The notes under the pieces were generated by a model. That model had not been told where the DNA came from. It was given only the letters and a program-made list of their open reading frames with translations, and ran no database searches. From a virus: a stretch of 64,000 nt of DNA. Location: IMG/VR virus record IMGVR_UViG_3300037805_000894, one strand, 5' to 3'. Positions 36,758 through 45,652 of the stretch are shown here, one piece after another. Both the position numbers and the translations under genes were made by a program. The number at the start of each line of letters is the position of its first letter. Position 1 is the stretch's first letter.

Positions 36758-39097
36758 GTGGCTATAGAAGATACTCTCCGTCTAAAGGTAGAACTAGATC
36801 AATCAAATCTAGGCTCTGAGTTAGCGAGTATTCGAAGCAATGTAGCCACAGCGATAACGCCATCGGCAGGTTCATCTCAAGAAGATCCGGGCGGACACCC
36901 AACTAATAAAGATAGCCTTTTCTGGGGGTTAGGTATAGCCGCTAAGCAGCTAGCAGGCGACGTGCAAGGGGCTGTTGCCTATACAGGCGGAATGGTCACC
37001 GACTCATTACGCACTGGCGCGCAGCTAACACAAGCGATAGGCTCTTCCATGGGCCCTATGCCAGAAGATGGTGCATGGGGGAACATAAAGAGACAAGCAG
37101 GGCGCTTGTTCGGCGCGAATTATGCAAGTGGCTCTATGTCTGCGCAGCAAATAGAGTCACAGGATAATGCTTATTTTGGGCGTTTATTTTCTGGCGGCTC
37201 AGGAAAAATGTTCGCTGCTGATACAGCCAAAGGAGTATTGGATGTCTTACCATGGCTAGGGACAGGTTTTAATCCGATTGGCTGGGCCATGGCGTCTGGG
37301 ATTAACAAAGCGACAGATGCTCTAATAGGTCCAGGGCTTGATAGGTTAACGCATATTACACAATTACAGAAAATGGGTTATTCTGCGCATGAAGCTGAAG
37401 GAGCAATGGAGGGAGGTTTTTGGGCTGGTATAGGACAGGGATTAAATAAAAATCTTAATCCTTTTCACGATAAAAAGACGTATCTAGCCGAGGCATGGTC
37501 AGAAGGTATTAATGTAAACGGAGAAAACTATACTGGAATACGCGCAGCCGCTGCTTTGCTGGATCAAGATCAATTAGATAAATCAGTAGCCGCTTTACAA
37601 GGAGGTATGCTTGCTATGAATGAGCTGATGACCAGAACGGGTATGGGTATGGGTTCTGCTAGTCAGCTTGTTAATTCTTTTGCTCCAACTGGTGCCTTTA
37701 ATGATAGTGCGCAACTAACAGCGCTCCAAGCTATGTCTGCTCTTGGCGGGAAAACTTTCGATGGTCGAAATACAAAACACGCTAATGCTTGGATGGGCTC
37801 AATTGTACAAGCAGCTCAAGAAGGCTTCCAAACTTATGGAGCAAACTTCTCTTCCCAAAGGGCTTTTAATACGGCACAAATAGCCTCTTCAACCTCTGCG
37901 CTCACTATGGGGTCTTTAGCGGGCGCATATAATGCAGACATGGCAGTAGCTAATTTTAATCAAACTTTTGGTGGAATGGATCGCTCCGGAGAAGGTTCCT
38001 ATGCTATGGACAGGGCTGCTCTAGCTAACGTAGTAGGCGCAGGCTCAGCCTTAAGTCAATCTGAGGCCTTAACTAGAGGAGGCAAGAGAGATTGGATAGC
38101 TTTTGAATATGAAAGAAATAAACTAGCGAGTGATCCGGTAGAAGCAGCAATGGCACTTTTGAATACACCAGAATTTGCAAGTAAATCTGTGGAAGAGTTA
38201 GCTTTTGATTTAGGAGTAAATACAGATGCTGGACGAGCTGCTGTAAGACAAGCTAAAAATATACATCATAATAGAAAAGCAGCAGAGAGTGGAGGTCTAT
38301 TCACTAGAGAAATAGATCTAAGAAGTGAGCTTAAGGCACAAAACCTGTATGATGCGAACGAAGAATATACAGATTGGGGTGAATTTATATTAACAGCAGG
38401 ATGGGGCGGGCGTCATATTAGGAGCTCGGCAAAACCTTGGGAATTACATGATGGAACAAAAGTAAGCGATGCGGTTATAGGACCCACTCAACAACGCTTA
38501 AGGGCGGCGCTGAGCGGCAGAGAGGGTTATAAAGATGCCGACAATAACTATGTATCTACTGACAGAGGCTGGTTTGATCGCTTAGGTGATAATGATTATA
38601 CCTTTGGGCAATATAATGAAGCTATAGGCGACGCCTATGAGAAAGGTAATATATTTAGGGCGATTAATCTTACATCTCAAGCAATCCTTGACCCTTTCGT
38701 TGATCTCTTTACACGAGATTCTCTAGCAGAGAATCTAGCAGACGGAGATCTAAAGGCTCCTATTTTACAAAAGCTAATCACCCAGTTTGATTATGATATA
38801 ACAAAGCTAAGCGAAAAGGAGCTTATACAGATGTCAGGAAACATAGGGAAGCATATATCGAGTGGAAGGGGCGGAGAAGACCAGGAAAAAGCCCTTAAAG
38901 CCCTCGCAGAACTAATCAACGATTTTACTGCTCAATCAGGAATAAGCTCAGAAGCTAAAACTAAAATAGCAACAAATTTTAACATTGGTGGAGCTGCAAG
39001 TGACAAATACGCCTCCTTAATGTCAACTATAGGCGATGCTGCTAATGAAATGGCGCGGCTATATAGAGAGGACGAACTAGCAGGAAATGTACAATAA
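36758..39097 (+). CDS. Tape measure protein
   Basis: 779 aa, A/G/M-rich and helical, follows the chaperone pair, N-terminal LRLKVELD. Confidence 0.7.
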   Translation: MAIEDTLRLKVELDQSNLGSELASIRSNVATAITPSAGSSQEDPGGHPTNKDSLFWGLGIAAKQLAGDVQGAVAYTGGMVTDSLRTGAQLTQAIGSSMGPMPEDGAWGNIKRQAGRLFGANYASGSMSAQQIESQDNAYFGRLFSGGSGKMFAADTAKGVLDVLPWLGTGFNPIGWAMASGINKATDALIGPGLDRLTHITQLQKMGYSAHEAEGAMEGGFWAGIGQGLNKNLNPFHDKKTYLAEAWSEGINVNGENYTGIRAAAALLDQDQLDKSVAALQGGMLAMNELMTRTGMGMGSASQLVNSFAPTGAFNDSAQLTALQAMSALGGKTFDGRNTKHANAWMGSIVQAAQEGFQTYGANFSSQRAFNTAQIASSTSALTMGSLAGAYNADMAVANFNQTFGGMDRSGEGSYAMDRAALANVVGAGSALSQSEALTRGGKRDWIAFEYERNKLASDPVEAAMALLNTPEFASKSVEELAFDLGVNTDAGRAAVRQAKNIHHNRKAAESGGLFTREIDLRSELKAQNLYDANEEYTDWGEFILTAGWGGRHIRSSAKPWELHDGTKVSDAVIGPTQQRLRAALSGREGYKDADNNYVSTDRGWFDRLGDNDYTFGQYNEAIGDAYEKGNIFRAINLTSQAILDPFVDLFTRDSLAENLADGDLKAPILQKLITQFDYDITKLSEKELIQMSGNIGKHISSGRGGEDQEKALKALAELINDFTAQSGISSEAKTKIATNFNIGGAASDKYASLMSTIGDAANEMARLYREDELAGNVQ

Positions 39098-39528
39098 TGG
39101 CTTTAGAACATAATTTAATTTATTTTTCAACACGCGCAAAGGCAGCACAAGAAGTCTCTGCTATTGAAACCGAAAAGAAAACAGTTGCTTTCCCGATTGC
39201 AACGGTGGCAAATATTATAACTATTAGACAGAAGGCAGATAAAATGGGTTTATCCCTTCCTGTCTTGCTAAGACGGATGCATGATCCAGATGATATCCAT
39301 AACGTTGTTGATGCTAATAAACATGCTTTTCTAACTGAAAAAGCTAATACAAATAAACTACTCGATTCTATCAAGCAGATTAAGGCAGAAAGCGCTGAGA
39401 GAGGCGGAAAAGCTCCTTTGATCGCTACTGATTACTATACTATTATATATGCTAGTTATATAAAACACCTGAATGAGTTAGAGACATTACGTTTAGCTCA
39501 AATCAAAGGAGTAAAACCAAATGAGTAA
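39097..39528 (+). CDS. Hypothetical tail-region protein
   Basis: TAATG-coupled to the tape measure gene. Confidence 0.5.
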   Translation: MALEHNLIYFSTRAKAAQEVSAIETEKKTVAFPIATVANIITIRQKADKMGLSLPVLLRRMHDPDDIHNVVDANKHAFLTEKANTNKLLDSIKQIKAESAERGGKAPLIATDYYTIIYASYIKHLNELETLRLAQIKGVKPNE

Positions 39529-40303
39529 TGAAAACTCTAATTTTTATGACGATGTTTACGCTAAAAGAGTAGTCACTCCTTTAGACGAGCAATCAGATAA
39601 AGGCTCTGCTGGTTTAGTCTCATCCAAGGCAGGTCAAAGAAGACGAGATAAAAATGAGCATAAATCGCTTTTCGCAGACTTCATGCCTTCTATAGCTGTT
39701 TATAATATGAAAGGAGGTACCACTAAACCAGGTTTAGTTTTCTCTACTCATCGTATTACTTTTACGCAGATACAAGAAAGCGTAGCAGAAACTACCCAAA
39801 TAATGAAAACATTTTCCCCAAAAACAGGTGGAGAAGATGTGCATGTTAATTTTTTTGGAGAACAGCCCCGCGTATATCAATTTTCTGGGAATTTATTCCA
39901 CTTAAAGACAACCAAAACTGATTTAGCCACAGATAATTCAAGTGGGGTTACCCCTGACCTCACATCAGACGCTAATTGGTTTGATAATTTTAAATACGCT
40001 TATGAGAATCTATTAAAAGGAAGCAAGTGTGCTGAGTATGGGTTACAGGTAAGACTCAACTATGACTGGAGATGGGCGCAGGGTTACTTATTAAACTTCT
40101 CGTCTACATTAGCTACATTAGGTTCTGTTCCTTTTACTCTATCAATGTTAGTCAAGAAATCGGGCTTATATCATAAAGCAGACTCTTTAACAGCAAAACC
40201 TATTGTTGATTCTGCTACAAGAGCGCTAGGGAACGAGGCCCTTAATGAGGGAGCTTTTATGACTACTCCAGATCAGAAGGTTAGATTTCTTTTTGAGGCA
40301 TGA
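39521..40303 (+). CDS. Tube-initiator/baseplate hub-like protein
   Basis: IQES..ETTQIMKTF...FFGEQPRVYQFSGNL...VPFTLSMLV is a tube-fold-like pattern. Lies after the tape measure gene. Confidence 0.55.
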   Translation: MSNENSNFYDDVYAKRVVTPLDEQSDKGSAGLVSSKAGQRRRDKNEHKSLFADFMPSIAVYNMKGGTTKPGLVFSTHRITFTQIQESVAETTQIMKTFSPKTGGEDVHVNFFGEQPRVYQFSGNLFHLKTTKTDLATDNSSGVTPDLTSDANWFDNFKYAYENLLKGSKCAEYGLQVRLNYDWRWAQGYLLNFSSTLATLGSVPFTLSMLVKKSGLYHKADSLTAKPIVDSATRALGNEALNEGAFMTTPDQKVRFLFEA

Positions 40304-42453
40304 AAACACGCAAACTTATCTTTAAGGTGTATATAGAAGGCAAAGAAATTGCTTTCATAGGAGGGAATATGTCAGCACAAGCGGGGGCTCTATCTGCAGC
40401 TTCAGTGATAATACCTTTTTCAAGATATGCTACTCAATTGCGCCCAAGAACTATTGTTACTATAACCTATGGATACGCAGACGATAAAGACCTTAATAAT
40501 CAAATAAGAGAATATGTTTTATTTGATGGCGAAATGGTCTCTATGCGTATTGGAGGAAACTCTTCAAGTAAAACTTGTACTTTAATGTTATCGTCACCTT
40601 TATCAGCTTTGAAGCGCTATAGAAAATATGTACAAACAAATAAAAGCGCTCCGATTACCTCTGCAGCGCAGCTACACTTGGCTCCCGATAATCGAGGAGA
40701 AAAACATATAGCCATCTATAGCGTGAAAGCTGCTGAGGTACCTGGCGCTGATTCTCAAAGTAAACGCCTTCTCGAGGTAATAGGAGGCGACAAACCTTTC
40801 CCTGCCTGCTTACACGATGAAATCGCTGAAGGGATTAGAGCTAATAATATAAATAATACACCTACTACGGTACAGGTGCATGAACAATTATATGGTTATT
40901 TAGATTCTTTTGCTATTATCGATATGCTCGACAGAGACCAAGAATGGGCAGATTTCAGGAAAAGTACTAATTTCACTACCTTTATTCAGAAGCTCGCTTT
41001 TGGCGGAGATGGAACTAGTTCGGCTGATTATTATACTTTTATGGTTTCATTGTATAACAATTTTAATTTCAACTTGACTGATATAGGAGTACCGCACTTA
41101 AGAACAATCGAAGAAACTTCGATGGAAAATTCAGTTCGTTACACCTTAGCGCCTTCTTCCGCGTTCCTCTCCCCTCCTGCTTGTAATATCCTATTGCCGG
41201 ATGCTATATTAGACTCTAATATATCTATAAACTATGAACATGAGATAACACGTGCTTCTTTGGTAGCCCCTAGTGTACACACTAAAGGAGATACGGCCTA
41301 TTCTGCTTACTTATATCCTGCTCCAGATTCTCTTTTCAATGAATTTGATACCGAAAAAGCTCTAGAGTTTACAGTAGATTCAACCCAATTAGATAAAGCA
41401 TATGGTAATAATGAGTGGTTTTTAACTCCAAAAGGTTTTTATCAGGTGCTGCCTCCCTTCTATAGTATGCTAGCGACGGATGCATCTTTCGATAAAACAA
41501 GGACATACATTTCAAAGTATGCTAATTTATTTTATTTGAATAGAAAGTATCAAGAGCATAGATGTACAGTATCCACTGTATTTAACCCTTCAGTGGTACC
41601 TGGGTTTACTATGGCGGTATTGGATCAAGACCAACCTTATTTTGCTTATGTGGCCTCTGTTTCACATAGTTTTTCTCCCTCTTCAGCCTCAACTTCTATA
41701 CAAGGCACACACGCTTTAACACCTCTAGATTATCTTAACCCTGACTTAAGAAGTGCAAACGGTGTTGAGAAACAGATAAGCCAAAGAGAAATAGGTAAGC
41801 AGTATTTATCGCAAGGGTTCGGTCCATCTTTCTTTGACTTCTGCTTCAGCCAAACTATACTTAGCCAGACTGCTCAAGAAAAGGGAGATAAAGATTTATC
41901 TATCGAACTCCCCTCTCTGATTGATTCTTTGTTAAAAGAACTGGGAGCTGAGAATAGGTTAGAGGAAAAAATTATATTAGAGAAAAATAAACCAGATATA
42001 CTTAAAAGATTAAAAGAAGCTTCCGGTGAGAAGACGAACCCAAAAACATCGAAGATAGACGAAGGTATTGACAGGTTAACTGGTTTAGAGATCATAATGA
42101 AACGAGTGCGAGAGGCAGGCTTATCCCAAGATGCCTTAGTGGAATATTTACGATTAAATGGAGGCAGAAAGCCTGTATTGGCCGCCAAGAAAAGGGATAA
42201 TGTAGCTTGGAAAGGCGATAAACATGCTTATACTAGAAGAGGTTATTGGTTTGATGTAACTAGTTCAAACCCTGCTTTTGCTTCGCTTTTTATACGGAGA
42301 AAAGTTGCAGAAAAATTAGCCGAGGATATTAATAATAGAGGAACTGCTCCTTATCTATCCAAAAGAGTAAATATTGAAAATTCTTTAGTTTCTTTGGTCT
42401 CGGAAGAAATAACACCAAAAACACTAAGTGAAGAGCAAGGTTTAGATAGATGA
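40300..42453 (+). CDS. Baseplate hub protein (T4 gp27/Mu gp44-like)
   Basis: KVYIEGKEI, LFDGEM, FNPSVVPG...YVASVSHSFS hub motifs, plus position. Confidence 0.65.
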   Translation: MKTRKLIFKVYIEGKEIAFIGGNMSAQAGALSAASVIIPFSRYATQLRPRTIVTITYGYADDKDLNNQIREYVLFDGEMVSMRIGGNSSSKTCTLMLSSPLSALKRYRKYVQTNKSAPITSAAQLHLAPDNRGEKHIAIYSVKAAEVPGADSQSKRLLEVIGGDKPFPACLHDEIAEGIRANNINNTPTTVQVHEQLYGYLDSFAIIDMLDRDQEWADFRKSTNFTTFIQKLAFGGDGTSSADYYTFMVSLYNNFNFNLTDIGVPHLRTIEETSMENSVRYTLAPSSAFLSPPACNILLPDAILDSNISINYEHEITRASLVAPSVHTKGDTAYSAYLYPAPDSLFNEFDTEKALEFTVDSTQLDKAYGNNEWFLTPKGFYQVLPPFYSMLATDASFDKTRTYISKYANLFYLNRKYQEHRCTVSTVFNPSVVPGFTMAVLDQDQPYFAYVASVSHSFSPSSASTSIQGTHALTPLDYLNPDLRSANGVEKQISQREIGKQYLSQGFGPSFFDFCFSQTILSQTAQEKGDKDLSIELPSLIDSLLKELGAENRLEEKIILEKNKPDILKRLKEASGEKTNPKTSKIDEGIDRLTGLEIIMKRVREAGLSQDALVEYLRLNGGRKPVLAAKKRDNVAWKGDKHAYTRRGYWFDVTSSNPAFASLFIRRKVAEKLAEDINNRGTAPYLSKRVNIENSLVSLVSEEITPKTLSEEQGLDR

Positions 42454-43160
42454 CAACAGATATAGAACTAATTTCACGCTTTAAAGAACAAGGCGATATT
42501 CAAGCAAGAAATGAGCTTGTTAAGAGGTATATGCCTATGATCAAATCACAGATTAATTTAAGATTTGGCTCTGGTACTATTATCCCGAAAACAGCTATAG
42601 AAAGCGAAGGCATAGCTCAAGTTATAAAAGCTATCGATAATTACAACCCTATGGCAGGAGCCGCCTTTAGCACCCACTTATTTAACTATTTGCGTAAGAT
42701 GAGTCGTTACGTAAATACATATGGACATACTATCAGACAGAGTGAAGAGGTTTTTGGGCTGGTTAGTAAATTTAAAGAAGCGCAGAGTAAGCTTAGGAAT
42801 AAGTTAAACAGAGAGCCGAGCATACCAGAAATGTCAGCTGAGTTAAAAATGTCAGAGCACCAAGTAAACAGAATTCTACCTCAAATAAAAGATGTGCAGA
42901 TAGACATGGGTTTTGATGCTGGCAAACATACCTCCACATTAATAGAAGACTATGTAGACTATACACGTACATTTGATATGACACCAAAAGAGATCATTGT
43001 GTTTGATGGTTCGACTGGCTTCAAGGGAGCGCAAAAAAAGAAAGCTGGGGAATTAGCTAAAGAATTAAATGTATCTCCTGCTCAAATAAGTCATATAAAA
43101 AATAAAATAGGGGATAAGCTTTCAAGTGCTTTCGCCGTTGGAGAGATAGCGAGAGACTAG
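42450..43160 (+). CDS. RNA polymerase sigma factor (sigma70 family; FliA/SigD/SigF-like, regions 2-4)
   Basis: GDIQARNELVKRY, AIDNYNPMAGAAFSTH (region 2), LNREPSIPEMSAEL (region 3), ELAKELNVSPAQISHI (region 4 HTH). Confidence 0.88.
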   Translation: MTTDIELISRFKEQGDIQARNELVKRYMPMIKSQINLRFGSGTIIPKTAIESEGIAQVIKAIDNYNPMAGAAFSTHLFNYLRKMSRYVNTYGHTIRQSEEVFGLVSKFKEAQSKLRNKLNREPSIPEMSAELKMSEHQVNRILPQIKDVQIDMGFDAGKHTSTLIEDYVDYTRTFDMTPKEIIVFDGSTGFKGAQKKKAGELAKELNVSPAQISHIKNKIGDKLSSAFAVGEIARD

Positions 43161-43161
43161 T

Positions 43162-44976
43162 ATGGCGGCAGACCCTTTCTCGGTAGTCTATGATGAGCAA
43201 ATCCGCAAAATGCGGGAAGCGCAGGCAAAGCAGGCTAAAATAGAATCTAAAAATATGTCTTTTTTAGCTAGTCAGACAAAGGAAATTGCTACATGGGGTG
43301 TAAGCCCAGACAACCCTTTAAATATCATACGCGCGACTGCTGCAGGGTTAATGAGTACTCTAAACTCTTTTTTACTTCCTCTGGGCTCAGGCGCCTTTAA
43401 TGCTATAAAGACTCCTTTTGAAACTGTAGAAGCCTTAGGTAACGGGTTACAAGATTTCCTTGGAGCGCTATTGGCTCTCGACCAGATGGTAATGTATCAA
43501 ATACAGCGTGTACAGAACTATAGAATGACTGCCACATTAGGTGCTATTAGATCTGCCTGCCGCGAGATAGAGAACATCAACAACACCGTAGATGATATTT
43601 CTGCAGCGTTTGGAGGAGGTTTTAATTTAGATTCCTTGATAGATGATTGGGAGTGGCGCTTCGAAGAAGCTTACAGCATTATTGACGATGCTTTCAATGA
43701 AGATAAGGGTACAGTACATGATTCATGGGAGAACGTTGTCCCACTTTTAGAAGAGATAACGCAAGGTTCTTACAGAGGAGATAATATTGTGGCTGATTTC
43801 AGAAAGTTAGCCAACGCAGTAAACGCCTCTAAGAAAAAAACCAATGAAATGGAAAAGCTCTGGGCTAGCTTAGATAAAAATATAGAAGACAGCTTAAAGT
43901 TGTTAGCTAATATAAAAGAAGGCGCAAAGTTAAATCGAATGCTTCTACGCGCCTTAGCTAAAGCTAAGCAGAACTTAGGCGAAAGTAATGACATGCTAGG
44001 GTATTTAAAGAGTGGATGTCGCTACGACCCAAATAAAGTTTTTACTGGACTTACTAAAATATTAGGACATGCTGATTCATCTTTAATAGCGCTATTAAAA
44101 TCACGCATTAATGATTTTAATATTGATCCAGATAATATAGATATCAGCTCTCCTTGTGTCCTTGTAGCTTACGATGCCTATTTAGATGATTTAAACTTGC
44201 TAAAAAGAAACATGTCTAATAATGCTGCCAGCGTCTCTAAGCAGAAAGTATATATTAATGCGCTTATTTCGTATGCAGTAACCGGTGACACTAAAACAAA
44301 AGAAAGTATGGATGCAGCAAAAGCAGCTACTCAAGGAAGTAAGTCGTCATGTGATTCTTTTTATGATGACGCGTCAAGTGTTTTTGATGGTTGGAATGAG
44401 ATTACGTCTGACATAGGAGAAGGAGCTTTAGGGGTGCTTGGTAACATTTCTGATATAGGAGGCTCAGTAGACGCGGCTTTAGATCTTATATTAGGCGCAC
44501 AAGCTTTCGTGCTAGATACATTTGAAGATTTCTTAGCTGCTACTCCAGTAGGTAGAATGTATATGATAATCATGCGTTGTTTAGGGGTATCACCAGAATT
44601 ATTAGGAACAGGCCCATCTACTGGCTTTGACTCCGACATAGAGAATAATGTCTTGGATGGTTTAAGTAATATGACCGCTGCCTTAGAAGGCACAGCGGCG
44701 TCCATAGCTGAAACAATGAATAGCGTATTTAGCTGGTTAAGCCAGATTGATACAGAGATAGCTGAATTTATAGCAGCCCTAATAGGCTTACTACGTTTTT
44801 GTGAAGGACATAGCTCTTTTTCGGATATAGGGGATTATGGCGGAGATTTCTCTTCGGATGCCTCTACGTCATTAAACTCAGATATGTACAATTCAATTAT
44901 AGGACCAAATGATGACGGTTATTCTGCTTCCTTAGAAGACACCAAAGATGAGCACGGGGGGTGCTGCTTACGATGA
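43162..44976 (+). CDS. Large acidic helical protein, probably structural (baseplate cluster)
   Basis: 604 aa with coiled-coil-like character, coupled to the gp25-like gene; no motif recognised. Confidence 0.45.
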   Translation: MAADPFSVVYDEQIRKMREAQAKQAKIESKNMSFLASQTKEIATWGVSPDNPLNIIRATAAGLMSTLNSFLLPLGSGAFNAIKTPFETVEALGNGLQDFLGALLALDQMVMYQIQRVQNYRMTATLGAIRSACREIENINNTVDDISAAFGGGFNLDSLIDDWEWRFEEAYSIIDDAFNEDKGTVHDSWENVVPLLEEITQGSYRGDNIVADFRKLANAVNASKKKTNEMEKLWASLDKNIEDSLKLLANIKEGAKLNRMLLRALAKAKQNLGESNDMLGYLKSGCRYDPNKVFTGLTKILGHADSSLIALLKSRINDFNIDPDNIDISSPCVLVAYDAYLDDLNLLKRNMSNNAASVSKQKVYINALISYAVTGDTKTKESMDAAKAATQGSKSSCDSFYDDASSVFDGWNEITSDIGEGALGVLGNISDIGGSVDAALDLILGAQAFVLDTFEDFLAATPVGRMYMIIMRCLGVSPELLGTGPSTGFDSDIENNVLDGLSNMTAALEGTAASIAETMNSVFSWLSQIDTEIAEFIAALIGLLRFCEGHSSFSDIGDYGGDFSSDASTSLNSDMYNSIIGPNDDGYSASLEDTKDEHGGCCLR

Positions 44977-45407
44977 GTATAGATGTAAAAATTTTCGATT
45001 TAGAACAATTCGGTGAAGATATTAAATATAGATTTAAACTATCTTCTGGTACGGGTTTAGTTACAGGTATAGATAGATTAGCGCAGCAAGTGGCTAAAAG
45101 TCTTCTTACCACGCCAGGTACAGATAAGAGGTTCCCTTATTGGGGAGGAGGTGCCGATCAAATACCTCCAATACTCCACGATGGGGAGGAAATACTCTCA
45201 GCACACCAAAATAGTATTATGTTCGCTGTTTCCAAAGTCGAAGAAGATATAAAAAATTCCCAAGCCATAAACCCTGTTCCCTCCGATGAGGCTCTTCACT
45301 CCTTAGAGGTAATGGATGTAGAGCTTACAGATTTGAATAAAGTGACGCTTTTTCTTAGAATAGTAACAATCGATAAAGTATCGACACCTCTTACCTTAAG
45401 TATTTAA
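44973..45407 (+). CDS. Baseplate wedge/sheath initiator (T4 gp25-like)
   Basis: VTGIDRLAQQVAKSLLTTPGTD..FPYWGGG. ATG at 44973 overlaps the previous TGA. Confidence 0.8.
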   Translation: MSIDVKIFDLEQFGEDIKYRFKLSSGTGLVTGIDRLAQQVAKSLLTTPGTDKRFPYWGGGADQIPPILHDGEEILSAHQNSIMFAVSKVEEDIKNSQAINPVPSDEALHSLEVMDVELTDLNKVTLFLRIVTIDKVSTPLTLSI

Positions 45408-45408
45408 A

Positions 45409-45636
45409 ATGCCAAATAACGCTATAAAATTCATAGGCTTCTCAGAAGCCCTTAACGATGCCTCAGAGCATTTATCAAAGAAATTAGATAAGTCTTTAGA
45501 CTTTGCAGATAACATGTATATGACCCACGGGCAAGATGCCGTAGATGCTGTGAATGGTTATACTGATAAAGATGTTGCACGCGAATACGCAACTAATTTT
45601 ATTATAAATCAGATGGAAGACGAAGACGAAGAGTAG
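45409..45636 (+). CDS. Small acidic hypothetical protein
   Basis: 75-aa ORF filling the gap between the gp25-like and baseplate J-like genes. Confidence 0.55.
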   Translation: MPNNAIKFIGFSEALNDASEHLSKKLDKSLDFADNMYMTHGQDAVDAVNGYTDKDVAREYATNFIINQMEDEDEE

Positions 45637-45652
45637 AAATAGGTAAAAACTA

